NCBI GenBank assembly: GCA_965645245.1
Contig: OZ287083.1
Coordinates: 558,001 to 622,000, forward strand
Length of the DNA: 64,000 nt
Origin: Massalongia carnosa
Taxonomy: Eukaryota
Direction: 5' to 3'
Below, piece after piece: positions 1 to 13,139 of this stretch; the first letter of the stretch is position 1; each line of letters opens with the position of its first letter. The translations under genes and the position numbers were made by a program. Below the pieces are notes generated by a model that was given only the letters and a program-made list of their open reading frames with translations, was not told the origin of the DNA and made no database searches.

Positions 1-1612
1 AAGGATTCGAGGCTGCTGTTTGTGGCTGTTGTTGACTACTGCCGAACGCAGTTGTGGTTTGGTTGCCACCAAAGATACTATTTCCACTATTCGTAGCACC
101 AGCTGCACCTGTTCCAAAGGGGCTGCTTGAGTTCTGGGTGCCAAATGAAAAATTGCTCTTCGGCGCCTGCTGTTGGGTGCCTCCCCCGAAAATACCTCCG
201 CCTCCAGTATTGCCAGTGCCAAAGCCAGTGGTAGATGCGGTACCAAACCCTGTTTGGCCAGCAGCGCCAAATATACCGCCACTTGGTTGAGCGGCAGCGG
301 TGTTTGTGCCGCCAAAAATGCCCGCTGTAGGCTTTGCTGCTCCAGTGCCAAAAAGACTAGTCCCTGTACCAGCGCCTCCAAAGCTAGCCCCTGCTGTTTG
401 GGTGCCACCGAAAGGCGAAGCTGTGCTTGTGGATCCGAATACTCCACCTCCAGAGCCAGCACCTGCTGAGCCAAAACCTCCGGTATTATTCTGCTGCCCA
501 AAACCTCCAAATCCTGTAGTGACTCCAAATGCGCCTGCTTGGCCACCAGAGTTACCATATCTTCGCCCTTGATTATAATCAGCTAATCTCAGTTCCTATT
601 CATGGGTTAGCGACCTTCAGCAAATAACGCGTCGCGTGTTGTGGCCTACCTCAAAAGAGTAATTCTTATAAGGCTGCATGAAGGGGATACTTTGAAACTG
701 GTTAGAAACGTTGGTGCCTGACTCTTTTTCTGAATACGCTTGAAAAGGAGTGACAGCAGTGCCTTGGGATTCTGCAACATTCGCGCCCAGAGCGGAGCTC
801 AAAGGAGCCCCAAAGGCACCAGTTGATTGAGTATTGGACGTTCCAAAGGTGTTTCCGCCAGATCCGGATCCAAACAAGCCTCCACCAGAGGTGGTGCCGG
901 TCCCAAAAGCAGGCTTGCTAGCTCCTCCAAACAATCCACCAGAGGTGTTATTGCTTGTACTGCCAAACCCACCAAAGCCAGTAGAGGCACCTGCTGTAGC
1001 TGTAGTGCCACCAAACATGCTACCACTACTAGTCGTATTGGTTCCAAACCCAGGTCTGCTGGTCCCAAATGGGGTGGTCGTCGTGTTTCCGGAGCCAAAT
1101 CCTCCAGCTATAGCAGGTTCAATAGTTAGTGATGAAAGAATAAAGGTCTACTCAACAGTGAGATGCCTTTCTTTGTTTACGAGGCTGTGGGAAATTTCCA
1201 GATAAATCTTAGATGAAGTAATGGATGGAGTCATGGAAGTGTTGAGAGAAAGTGAAGAATAAGGTCTCAGAAATAGAGATGAGTCACGTTAGGCAAAATT
1301 ACGGAGCCCACTCACCTCCAGATCCGAATCCGCTGTTAGCACCGCCGAAGATACTCCCAGAAGTGTTCGCGGCGCCCCCAAAGCCAGTATTCTGCGGTTG
1401 ACCAAAACCTAAAAATCAAGTGTTAGGGCGATTGAGAAAATTGATGAATTGAGCGCTTCAATGAGACAAAATGACGAAGGTTTCTACAATTATCCCGCTT
1501 CCGAGACAGTATGCGACGTACCTGGCGCATTGTTGTTATTATTTGTACCGAATCCCCCAAACCCAGCGCCCTGCTGGGGTTGGTTGTTATTCTGCTGGCC
1601 AAAGAAAGACAT
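1..1612 (-). CDS. NUP98: Nucleoporin Nup98-Nup96 precursor, 5' part (GLFG repeats + GLEBS); runs off window edge
   Basis: ATG 1612 (MSFFGQQNN); exons ~1612-1522, 1408-1316, 1107-650, 595-<1 with GT/AG borders; many GLFG/FG repeats; spliced GLEBS motif FQSIPFMQPYKNYSFE|ELRLADY. Confidence 0.93.
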
Positions 1613-2264
1613 ATCTCTGTTCCAAGCCTGAAATTGAAGGTCGAAAGGATAAGCCGCCAGCGAGTTTTAACGGCTGTGTTTGTTGGACCAAGAAGAAAAC
1701 GCGGTCTTTCGCGGGTTTGGGACGGGATGGAAGTACAAGATATTTAAAACATTATAAAGGCCCGTGTACGCAAAGAGCAAAGCGGAGCTCCTCGTTCAGA
1801 GGTAAGGAAGTGAGGTCAAAGAACCGTGACTGACGCGCCGTTGCATTTGGATTTACTTCAGAGTGAGGTTGAAAGGGATTTCAAAGTTAAACCCAACTAC
1901 TTAACATGAATTTCGCTTAATAATATGTCTGTAGTTGAGGATGCTCATTGGCTGAGATATAGGCACCCAGGTGATTTAGGCACGCCACTCCTGCCTGGAT
2001 TGTACAACCTATATATCTCTACCTAAATATTCCTTTGCTCGTCTGCCTACCATTACCCCGCCTAGGGTCTATGATTAAGAAAGGTACATTATGCACACTT
2101 GGGATCGTATCTGTTATTTGGAAGAGTTGCTACCTAAATTCTTTTTATGTGACTCTCATGGGTGCCGCCAAATCCTTCCCAATGAGCAAGCTTCCCACTT
2201 GCCGCCGTTCTGGCATGCTACTGCACAAATGTCCTTCTGCTGCGGAGACGGAAATCTTGTTGCC

Positions 2265-3355
2265 TCAATATGGTAATCGAAGAGGAGTGGGCAGATCTTG
2301 TCCAAGTACCGCTTCTGCCGTTCCAATATCCCTAATTTATAAGCTTGAAGATTTAACATGTTAGGTTGTGTTAAATATCTTACCTTGGCCCACGCGGCGC
2401 CCAGTACTCTCCTGTTGATCTACTATCAAATTGGTCGATGAAGGCAATAAGTGATTGAGCTGCTTGATCTGGCGTGACAGCTATCGTGCTTGCTTAGCAA
2501 GAAGCCTTTATTGTTCAGACGCAAAGTTATTACCTCCTCCATCATCCCAGTATTTATCAAACCCTACCCCTTTCGTCATCTCCGTCCTCATGAATCCAGG
2601 CTGAGCCGAATGCCAGCATCAGCAAGTACTCAACCAACAGCAACACAAGGAGGTCGAACATGAACAACCCCAACGGCGATGCCTTGGTCTTTCAGATCCA
2701 AGCTCAATAACTTCCCAACCATATTCAAAGCGCTCTTGCTGGCATGATGACCGTAGTTACCTCCGCCTTCACTTTCATGTCTAAGCGTAATACTTCCACT
2801 CTCGGAGCTCACGAGAACAATTTTCCCTGATCCAGCCACCAGCCCTGCCTTGACAAGATGATGGACGACGAAGACTGGGCTAATAGCACTGATAGTATAC
2901 CTGATATACAAAGAAGTCAGCTACACTTAGGAGAGTCCAGCGAAACCTATTATGCGTCCAGTAGGCGTCCAAACTGAAATTGGAACCACGATTGCGCACG
3001 TTGATGATTGCGATTAGAGGCCAACACGCTTAGTGGACAACGTTGCAAGGGAAACTTGCATTGTTACTTCATCGTCCCAATTGGGCTTATCGAAGGTCTC
3101 GGTCTTAAAGATGCCTGCCGTAATGATCACAATGCCAAGTTTGGCTCCAGAATTTTCCAGATGCGAGGCCAAATCAAAACCTGCAGATTTTGATAACAGG
3201 TCGATTCCGGAAATATATTTCACATTCTTAGGTGGTTCTGATATATTGGATGATCGACTAGTAGCATAAACAGTTCCTCTGTTTCCTGAGGCATACTTCT
3301 TCACAAGGGAGAGACCTAAACCTCTTGAAGCTCCGACAACTAGAACATCAGACAT
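2265..3355 (-). CDS. Short-chain dehydrogenase/reductase (CsgA-like), multi-exon
   Basis: VVGASRGLG Rossmann motif, VSSESGS, YGHHASKSALNM, VHPGFMRT-type motif across an intron; last exon DIGTAEAVLGQDLPTPLRLPY* ending at 2265. Confidence 0.88.
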
Positions 3356-3669
3356 GTTCTTTCTTTTTGCAGTTCTTAAATATCTGAGGCCCTTGATTTA
3401 TAGTTTTGCGGTTTGGGGTTTGCGAAATATCGGGGTTGGACTGCTTCATCGATGACACCATGACGCAAGATAGAAGATTCCACCGTTCCGGCTGGCGGAC
3501 CGATCCGAGCCCCTCGCTTTCACACGTGATCAATCTAACGAAAGTCGCGTCGCGTGTACTCAAAAGCTGAACAATGGATGAGCATCCGCATTGGGCAAAT
3601 GCGTTTACACCTAGTACAAACAGACAAAACAACTCCATCTAAGTTTCTCTAAAGATATAATCAATCAAT

Positions 3670-4372
3670 ATGGCATCTTCTTCTGCACTTCCTTCGTTTC
3701 CCTCGAGATCGTATGGTGCTGGCCTTGGCAAGCTTCCTGACCGTTCTCTTGGCGCCGCGTTTGGGGCTTCGTCGACTCAACAGCAGCGAGAAAGCCAACG
3801 CTTGGAGAAGGAGCGAATAGAGCGGGAAGAGCAAAACCAGCTGACAGAGGAACAAAGGGAAGAAATTAGGGAAGCTGTGCGTCTTAGACAACCCTCAATC
3901 TAGCGTGTGTGTCAGCAAGTTGACTGGGTCTGCTTTATAGTTTACCCTGTTCGATCTAGACAAAGATAACAAGATTGATTATCACGAGCTTAAAGTCGCT
4001 ATGAAAGCCCTTGGATTCGATTTGCCCAAAGCTGAAATCCTCTCAATTCTTCAAAGCCACGGAACGCCTTCAGAACCTCCAAACTCGAAAGCGCCGCACC
4101 AGAGCCGACTTCTACTCCCTTTCGCCCAGTTCCAAACCGTCATGTCTCAGCGGATTCTCGCGCGAGATCCGCGAGAGGAGATACTGCGAGCGTTTGAGCT
4201 TTTTGATGAAGGAGGAAAGGGGAAAATCAATTTACAAGATTTAAGACGTGTCGCAAGAGAGCTTGGCGAAGGTCTAGAGGAAGATGAGTTGGCGGCGATG
4301 ATAGACGAGTTTGATTTAGATGGTGACGGTGCCATCGACCGAGAAGAGTTCCTGGGAATTTGTTTGCAATGA
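3670..4372 (+). CDS. CDC31: Centrin / caltractin (EF-hand spindle-pole-body protein)
   Basis: [39 protein letters not shown]...[14 protein letters not shown]; intron 3877-3940. Confidence 0.93.
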
Positions 4373-4816
4373 TTCCATTTTCAGCTGGGTGAATGTGCTA
4401 GGTATTCATGGGCGTTGAAATGGAGTCGGCGAAAGTATCATGCATAGTCAGCAGATGTTTCTGAATGGTGGACAGCAAGTATATTAATGCTTTCAGGAGT
4501 TTGGTGTGGAGATGGGTAAGCTTGCTCGTTTATAGAAGCATTGCTTATGCTCCATTGCTCACCATTTATTTACTTTCCAGGTTCAGAATGAAATCTGTTT
4601 ATCTTTGCTGATAACAACCGTGATTCATGAAACTCCACTAGGCGCCTAGAAACGACTCGCAATCTAACTAATCTAATCTAATCTAACTAGGCATCTTAGT
4701 GGGCATAGCGGGGCATTTTAGTTAAGTTAAACGGTTATTTCACTAAACAAATATATTCAGCAACGCGCCAAAACATAGAAGCGCTTCCATGAGAGAGAAG
4801 CTGGTGTTCCTCCACA

Positions 4817-6541
4817 ATGGCACCCAGTATCGTACATCTGCCCAATGGCCAGACTATCACCGTTTCGCCTGTCTTCGCCGGCTTATCCTTCAAAGCAAAT
4901 GATCTGAATGTCCATCATTCAATATCCCCTCCCGGGTGGACCATCATACTGGAATCCGAAGACGAGAAAGATAGCGAGTCACCGCCTAAGACCGAAAGTG
5001 ATGAGCAGACCCCTATTACTAGAAGGTGTAAGATTCATCGTTTTAAGACTCCTATGCTTCACCATGACAATCTCTTCATCTCGTCCATTTCAAATCCGAG
5101 TAACACGGACTTTAAACCTGCAACCTCCCCAACACGGCAAATAGCTATGATGCTATGGGCGACGCTGTACTGGTACTTTCATCAGGTAGGGGATTGATGG
5201 ATGGGCAAGGCCAAAGATACTGACTTGGCATTAGACCCCTCCAAATCCCCATCTCACCACTGGCGCCAATTCAGAAATTCCTGAAAAGGGCAGGCCAAAA
5301 GGCCAATGGCGGGTCAACATCAAAAGAGAGGGTATATTCAAAGGGAGACATCTCCTACCAAAACTGGAGCGTATGGGTCTTATTAGCAGTGAAGACTCCT
5401 GTGTCGGATCGTCCTCCGATAATAGAAGTGGACAAGGGTGGACCGAGATGTTCGTCAGCCAGCATTCATTCTGGCAACTAGATGCTCGAATATTCCTATT
5501 CACGCTTTCACCTACCATGCAATCGCCGTTTCCGGGAGGTTCCTCACCCTACCCTTCGCGGCCAAGCTCTCCCAACCGAGAAGGTGCTGGTGCCATGTCG
5601 CCAAGGCCAGATTTTCACGCAGAAGTAACCCAAGGTCTTTGGACTCCGCAGACACAAGGCCCTTTCGCATCCACTAGTCATCTCCCAACCTACTACCCCC
5701 CTCCTCCTCCCCAATATACATTCACCAACTCCATTAAGCATCCGATTCGTCCAAAACCTCCAGCCCAAGGCGAAACATTTTACACCCGTTTCATACCAAG
5801 TCTGGGTCAATATCTCTCGTTTCGAACAGCATCGAACTCTCCGAAGTCACCTGCTTATCGTGGGCCCATCTCCGGCGCGACGCCTGGTTTCCTTCCTCCA
5901 AAGTCAAGCCTCACATCAGCTGGTTCCATACCATTGATAGGCAACGTAAGCATTCCCCCTTGCGATACAGATCTCTTACATGCTTGGATGAACGACCCAA
6001 GAGTCTCCGCTGCCTGGGGTGTCGCCGGCCCTGTGGAAGTTCAAGAAGAATTTCTGAACCAGGGACTTAACGACAAGCACAGTTTTCCTGTGATTGGATG
6101 TTGGGACGGAAAGCCGTTTGGGTACTTTGAGATATACTGGGTAAAAGAAGATCGACTGGGACGACATCTTACCAGTAAAGACGTTAGTGATTGGGACCGG
6201 GGGTTTCATGCTTTGGTGGGAGAACAGGAGTTTCGGGGAAATCATCGAGTAAAAGTCTGGGCCAGTGCTTTAGTGCATTGTTGCTGGTTGGCAGATCCAC
6301 GGACAGAAAAAGTATTAATGGAGCCTCGAGCGGATAATGCAAAGTGAGTTCGTTTTATTTCATGAAATCTGTATACACTTTAGGATTACATTTGAAGTAG
6401 GATCTTGCTGACAGCGATCGAAGGTTTATCTCGTATCTTCAGGAAGTAGGGTTTTATAAGGAGAGGGAAATCACCTTCCCACACAAACAAGCTGCTCTTA
6501 TGAAAATTGTTCGAGAAGCTTGGGATGCGCCATTTTTATAA
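4817..6541 (+). CDS. N5-hydroxyornithine acyltransferase, GNAT/AlcB-IucB siderophore biosynthesis family (SidL-like)
   Basis: [55 protein letters not shown]; introns 5186-5234 and 6344-6423; ends WDAPFL with no PTS1, which fits SidL better than SidF. Confidence 0.88.
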
Positions 6542-7667
6542 CACATAATAACAGATTTGACGCATTTCATGTTTATAGATAGCAGATCATAAGAAAGTAT
6601 AAGGTCTTTAAAGAAGTATGTGGTGAGTGTCATACTCAACTCCACGGCCTCGAGAAGTCATGAACATATCTTAACTAAGCACATAATATGGTCGCTATCA
6701 TAGCTCACAGTGTTTTTTCTGTTGGCAATAACAGTTTTCGGACTATCTTTTGATAAAAGATCAGAAGGTCGGGATATGATAACTAATTCTCGAATGCGGT
6801 AACTTGATTTCATTCATTTCCATTTTTATTCTTCTTTACAAGGCCCAGCCTTTTCCTCACCTCTCTACTCTTTCAAACTCAGTCAACCATCCAGCATCTC
6901 AATACTTTTGGGCGATGCTAGGATTTGTAAATAGCTCCCATCGATAGATGACATACTTCGTTCAAGCTCTTGACATTCTTAGACTTGCTATATCCTCTAC
7001 GCATTACTTGAGTGGAATCCAAATTTTCATTATAGAGATTCTCACCAGCTACCACTCATTTTTGGGTTGTGACTAGTTTGCGTTCTCCAAGGGCCTTTTC
7101 ACCTTAACCTCAACCCTTACTCATAAGACATTTCTATCAGTTCAATGGCGTGGTGACGTGCTTAGAAGAATTTATCTGTTACCGTTGCTTGGTTCCAAAT
7201 AGCTATCTAAGAGAAATTCGTTCGCTCTACTACTTCGGATGCGCTGATCTCAATCTGAAGCTTGACAGCCAGCCTCGCTGAACAGCTTGTATTTCCTTAG
7301 TATTTCTCTTCTTTCTCAATATCTACCTTACGCACTTTCTCACTCGAAGAAATAATACCGTTGGATTACACGCCTTTCGAAGCTGTTGTACACGAAGGAA
7401 GATCCCTAAGGCTTGTAAAGGACAGCGGAGGAATACTCATTAGGATCTTCATACCTAGATAAGCAGGCTCCAAGCTTAGTTTGAATGAATCACATACTTT
7501 CTGTTTGTTCTTTATTTTTACAATCGGGCGTCTACCTTTGTGCAACTACCCTAAAGCTCCTTGAAGTTTCAAATCTCCTTATGCACAATTCACTTGGAAC
7601 CAGTTATCAGCTGAGTACTGCTTAGCTTTAAGCAGTCCACAGTGCCTGCAGACCTCAGAACCTTGAA

Positions 7668-9478
7668 ATGACTTCCTCTCGGAGCTCTGATCCTATCGTA
7701 ATCCTTGATGATGATGATGATGACTTGGTTGCCTGTGGGTCCTCCTGATCTCTTCAAGGCTCCACTGATCCCAAACTAGCGGCAGCACGTCCAGTCTTAT
7801 TTCAACCACCACCACACCAATCTTTGTTAACAAAATACCGATCTGGTAACATGACGCTCAAGCGAGGAAAAACAGTTGAGCTTAATACAGGAGAGTTCTT
7901 ACGCATAGAGAATATCTTACAAGATAGGGAGACGACGGAAGTATTCTTGGTTGGAAAACGGTTGCAACGAACGAAGGCGCTTCAAGGATATATCTCCCCT
8001 AGACTGAACGAGGTATGCTGGGTTCGGAATATGTGTAGCGACAGATCAGACGAGACAGAAAAAACACCCCTAGGGTGGGTCATTCGGTTACGACAGGCTC
8101 GATCCACGAATAGGCCTTACGTGGATTTCAATGGCTCCCATCTATTGGGAAATTCAAGACGCATGTTGATCAAAGAAGAAGGCGTTCTTTTCTGCAGGTA
8201 CAAATTTATTACAATTTATAGTGACAAAACCGCGAAACGGAGAGCTACGACATTCATCGAGAGATACCTTGGCAACTTGAGTGTCGAAGAGGCTGACCAC
8301 CAGTGTTCTGAAAGTCGGGCAAGAACTCGACAGAGATACGGGTATAGCCAACAAGAATTGTCCACCGAGAACGAGACTAGCTTCTCAACCGAGGAAAGCA
8401 GACTCCGGAGACGCCTTAGTTCGGTCACTCTTATTGATGGTAGCGCGCCTAGAGAAGTAGAACTCATACATCAAAGCGACGTTGACTCTCACTAACGACC
8501 GTACATAGAGGTACACATTCGGAGTCGTCTTCTGCGGTGCAGGAGGTATGTCCAGCGCTGCCAAACAAGCTGGCTTCGACGTAAAGTGGGGTCTGGAATG
8601 GGATCCAACTGCCGCCAGGACATTTCAGAAGAATTTTCTGGGTGCTGTTTGCGAAAACGCCCCTGTCTCCGACTTCGTCACACCCTCGATCTTTCCTCCA
8701 CACGAGTTCCGAGTCACCGTGCTGCATGTGTCCCCCCCGTGTCCCTCTTTCTCCCCCATGCAGACCGTAAAAGGCGCGGATTTCGAAGACAAGCAAGTTG
8801 TCATTCTTAGCTTAAACGAGATCATCACAATGATGAAACCGAGGATCGTCACCCTGGAAGAAACTTTCGGTTTGCTTTTTCCCTCCAACATGGAGTTCTT
8901 TAAGACGGTGATTCGGATCCTGAACGATCATGGATATTCCGCTCGCTGGAAAATTATGAATCTGGCACACTACGGTGCTCCTCAAAACCGCCGCAGGTTG
9001 ATCATCATAGCTGCAGGGTAAGTCGTTCGGTTCCCTTCTCTCTTTTTGTCCATTCCCCGCCCTCTAACCCCCTCAAACCAGACCAGGCGAACCTCTCCCT
9101 CCATTTCCGGCGCCGACCCACCTCGAAAGACCATGAACAATCGCCTCTCTAATCGCTCACCTACCCCCCAACGACCCCTATCACTCCCCGCTCCCCGCTC
9201 CCTACTCCGTCCCCCGCGCACCATACAACCCCCACGGACCCCTCCCCAACCTGATCGCCACCAACGGCGGCGACAACCACCACCCTTCGGGCACCCGCCC
9301 CTTTTCCGTCCGCGAGTTCGCCTGCCTGCAGACGTTCCCGAGAGACTTTGAGTTTGTGGGGAGCAGGACGGCGGCGCTCAAACAGATTGGAAACGCAGTG
9401 CCGCCGCTGGCGGGGAAAGCGATCATGATGGAGATTAAGAGGTGTTTGGAGGAGGTCGATACGAGGGGAACTTGGTAA
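7668..9478 (+). pseudogene. rid: RID/Masc1/DmtA-type C5 cytosine DNA methyltransferase with in-frame TGA codons at 7746-7748 and 9134-9136
   Basis: N-terminal GKTVELNTGEFLRI...NEVCW; motif I FCGAGG; motif IV HVSPPC; RID/Masc1-type motif VI LEETFGL; motif VIII YGAPQNRRRL; motifs [23 protein letters not shown]...KQIGNAVPP; introns ~8457-8508 and 9018-9081. Confidence 0.85.
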
Positions 9479-10375
9479 AGGAGAGAGGGCAAAGGTTCAG
9501 CGGAAAAGGAGAATTGTGGGTTTTTTCGAGACTGGGGCTCCGAGCTCGGTTTTGACTTTGTTTAGGAGAAGAACGGTTTCCCTCCCATGAACGGAGTTTT
9601 CCAAATTCTTGAACTGCACTTCCAGTCCCGGTTCACCAAACCATGTACTATTTTCATGCTTAACAAAATCCCCTAGCCAACCCGGCGATTCGACTCTAAC
9701 ACTGAGATACCTTACCCTACCCCTAAACGCGAACAGACATACCGTATATATACATACGTTGTATATCTAACCCTCTGGAACCCCCCACCAATTGCTCTCT
9801 AAAATTTGCCCGTTATCGGGGAAATCGAGATCTCGACGTTTCCATCCCCATAGGTACTTAGCTATCATCATCATGACACGGGTAGGACTCCCGGTTTCTT
9901 GGTGAGGAGGGAGACGAAGAGGAAAGATGGGACTGGAACTAGAACTAGAATGAAACTGGAATTATAATTAGAAGAGGATATCTTTGCGTAAAAAGAACAA
10001 GCGCAGATGCGGGCGTTTAAAGGGGGGAGGGTTTAGTTTGGGAGTTTCTCATACCCGTAGAGTGATATGGAAAGTGAGCAGACGGAATATAAAGTCCTAT
10101 GCAAGCCGCAGGGATCGGGATTGGGTGTATTGGCTGGTTATCTAATTTCGAGGAGGTAAGTACGCCGATGCGAATCGTCTGTTTGGGTCTGTACGGTATG
10201 CACGATCTAGAAATCGCGTGCACGGGTGTGATATCCATCTCATCCACTCCACTCCCGTTTAGAAATAGAACAAGATCGGACGGAAAGCATACGGGAGATA
10301 TCCAATTCCTCGTCTCAATGATAATCACTAAATACACCTCAACCCCTGCGCCGCCCCCAAAATTAATTAAATAAC

Positions 10376-11784
10376 TTAAAGTCCAAGGGCGTCATACCTC
10401 CCCATCGTAACGTCACATGGCGGAGTCTGTGAGTTCCGAGCAGCCCGCGGCGGATCTCCTACTGTAGGAATTTTCCGTGCAAGGACGGGAACAGTAGAAT
10501 TTCGAGGAGATGCTGCTGGAAGCCAAGAGCCCACGCTGTCGAGTAGAGCCTGCTGATCTTTGGGAATCCTCACGTCGCGCCCGCTGATTCGCTCGGAGGT
10601 CGTACCCTCCCACCTCTGCCTCGTGCGCGGCTCACCATTTTTTTGGGGCTCCTTTTGCTTCGCTCGATGCTGCTTTCGTTTTTCCTTGAGCTCGGAATGC
10701 GTCGGTTTAGACACCAATCCCTTCGAGATGTTGACGTCGCGCATGAAGATTCCCTCGGGGGTTGGGCTCTGCCACCTCTCCCGCCTCTGCATGGTCCGCA
10801 ACTGATCCTTCTCGAGCTCCCCTTCATTCTCTCGATGATGCTCTTGTTTGTCCCCGATATCTGAATGTCTTGGTTTAGATCCCAACTTCCTCTTTCGCAC
10901 CTTCTGCTCCTCTCGAATTCGCCTATGACGATCTAAGCCTTCTGCTTTCCTCGTTGCGTGCTTTATTTCCCGCTCGTCGATGACCCAAGGGGTGCTCAGG
11001 ATATTGCGTCGGAAGGTGGAGGTTTCGGCCCAACCGGCGGCTTCGTCGGTGGTGGTGCGGATGAGGGCTGGGGCGAGGCAAGAGCTGATTAGAACAGTTG
11101 GATGGCTAGCAAGACGTTTGCGGCAGGTATAGAAGCTGCGGCATCTAAAATGAAGGGAAAGAAATAATACCAACCTATTCGCTCTAGAGTTATTTGCTTC
11201 TGCCCCCTAAATTCCCCAATGCCCCCCTTAACCTTGACTACAGCCCCAACATCCACGCCGCTAAGGTCTATGGTATGCCCCATTGCTGACACGCCAATGT
11301 GTCCCCTTTTCCCCCCATCCATGTTATCTCTCTGGAGATTTTCATCATCCTTCATGCTCGCAGCTGGGTTCAAGGCATCTGTCGCAATGCCAGTTGCAGC
11401 AGCCACAGGGGCCTGGAGCGTACAAATAAGTTCAATAGAAGCACCACAGCTATCATCCAACTGGGCGATCCAGCGGTTGTAAACGTAGTCTACAGCAACG
11501 ATGACGCCGATAAGGCGAATCCATCTGATTGGGTGGTTGAGGTGGAAGTAGATATGTTGACCTGAGGATATTAGCCAACAAGCCGTATAACACTAAGGAA
11601 CAAGGGCGAGATTCGAAGAATAGACTAAACAGATAGAAAAGAAAGGCACACCTTCGTAGCCAGCTCTCTCCCTCAGATCGAGCACGTCGGCGGCAGTGAC
11701 GCGTGCCCATGTGTTGTAGGTTGGGGAGAGCGAGAGGCAGTAGGCCGGGTAAAAAGTTAAAGATTTGGAGGAGGGATTTGGCAT
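10376..11784 (-). CDS. STN1: CST-complex OB-fold telomere protein Stn1-like, with charged low-complexity C-terminal tail
   Basis: YPAYCLSLSPTYNTW, NHPIRWIRLIGVIV, LDDSCGASIE, VGAVVKVKGGIGEFRGQKQITLERI, TTDEAAGW; two introns (~11650-11563, ~11173-11070). Confidence 0.8.
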
Positions 11785-12453
11785 AGCATTTTTAGTAGTC
11801 TAGCTTGCTCATGGGGGAGAGAGAGTTGGTGGATATATATACTTACCTAAGTATTTATATTTGATGGTTGAAGCCGTTATTGACGGTTATAATCGGTTTT
11901 TACGGAGTACATACATACATCCAGCATTGCGAGTGCCGATGTTTCGCCGGTTGCCCCTTTGACGTATCCCATCCTTGCCTTCTCGTTCTCTTTCGGATCC
12001 TCGTCCATCTTTGACTAGATTTCTTGTTCCTCATTTCTCATTTCTTGTTACATAATAGCAATCCGTTCAACTTATGTAGCTGAGCCGCTTTCATTCTCCG
12101 TACCCAACCGTATATCTACACCTTCAACACAAGAGACGTTGTAAAAACTCCGTTTCCCATCTTATATTTACGCTTCTTCCATCCACGTTCGTATCAAACT
12201 GTTTAGCACCAAACACTCAAACCTCAACCTTTGTAAGATGCCAGCAATTAAACCACAAATCTCTCGTGTTCTTTCCTTATCCAATGGTTCATCTGCATGT
12301 TGAACCTACCAAACAACCCTCAATTTATGTGATGAACCTTTTTCCGTCCCTATCAGCCTCCTCAGATCCTATCGTTCATCCCTTTCCAAGCCCCATTCAG
12401 TTTAATTCAACTTCCACCGGACTCATTTCTCCGTTCGTTCCTCCCAGGACACG

Positions 12454-12992
12454 ATGCTTCCTATCTTCCTCACATTCCTTCTCGTTCCCTAAAGCCTGGC
12501 AGGAAGCTTCCAATGCGTTCAGTATGAACCTGCCGTCAACATCATAAACGTTAATTCTCCATCCTCTCCTCTTCCACTAGCCCATCCCCCTCCCCTCCTC
12601 CGCTCACGTCCCCTCAACAAGAATCCGTCCCTTTGTCAGCCGCCACCCTCCCTAACTGCCCTGCGAATACGATTTCTTGCTCGATCGGTGAGCCAAGTTG
12701 GTGCTGCACTGCGGCGCAGCATTGTGCGTTCGATGACGCTAGGGATGTGGTGTGCTGTCCGATTGGAAATTTCTGTCATGGGGTGGTGGATTATGGGTTG
12801 GGTGGTAATGACATAGGTAGTGGAGATGGAAGTGGAAGTTGGACGGGCAATGGGAATGTAGGACCTCCACCAGAGACAGGACAAGCTAACGCACTGTTGG
12901 GGGATTTCGTGGGGATTCGGGCGGAGAATGATGGGCCGGTGACTACAATGAATGTAGGGGCGGAAAATCAAGATGGTTCATGTGCAAAGTAA
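12454..12992 (+). pseudogene. Small secreted Cys-rich protein, apparently with a premature TAA in its signal-peptide exon
   Basis: MLPIFLTFLLVP*SLAG (TAA 12490-12492); intron 12522-12580 (GTATGA...CTAG) joins in frame to CPANTISCSIGEPSWCC...CCPIGNFC. Confidence 0.5.
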
Positions 12993-13139
12993 TTGGAATG
13001 GGAATGACCGTATTTGCGGCAACATGGATGTGAGATTATGCGAACGTTCAATTCGGATGAGGGTCTGCCATATCTCCAAATGATTTAGATAAAATAAAGT
13101 TGTATAAGAGAACAGAGATGCCTCGAAATCGAGGCCGGC

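Noticed and set aside
54..1205. Several Pro/Lys-rich plus-strand ORFs
   Set aside because: Antisense shadows of Nup98 GLFG repeats
4817..6541. Siderophore biosynthetic gene cluster
   Set aside because: No NRPS, ornithine monooxygenase or transporter nearby; the acyltransferase stands alone
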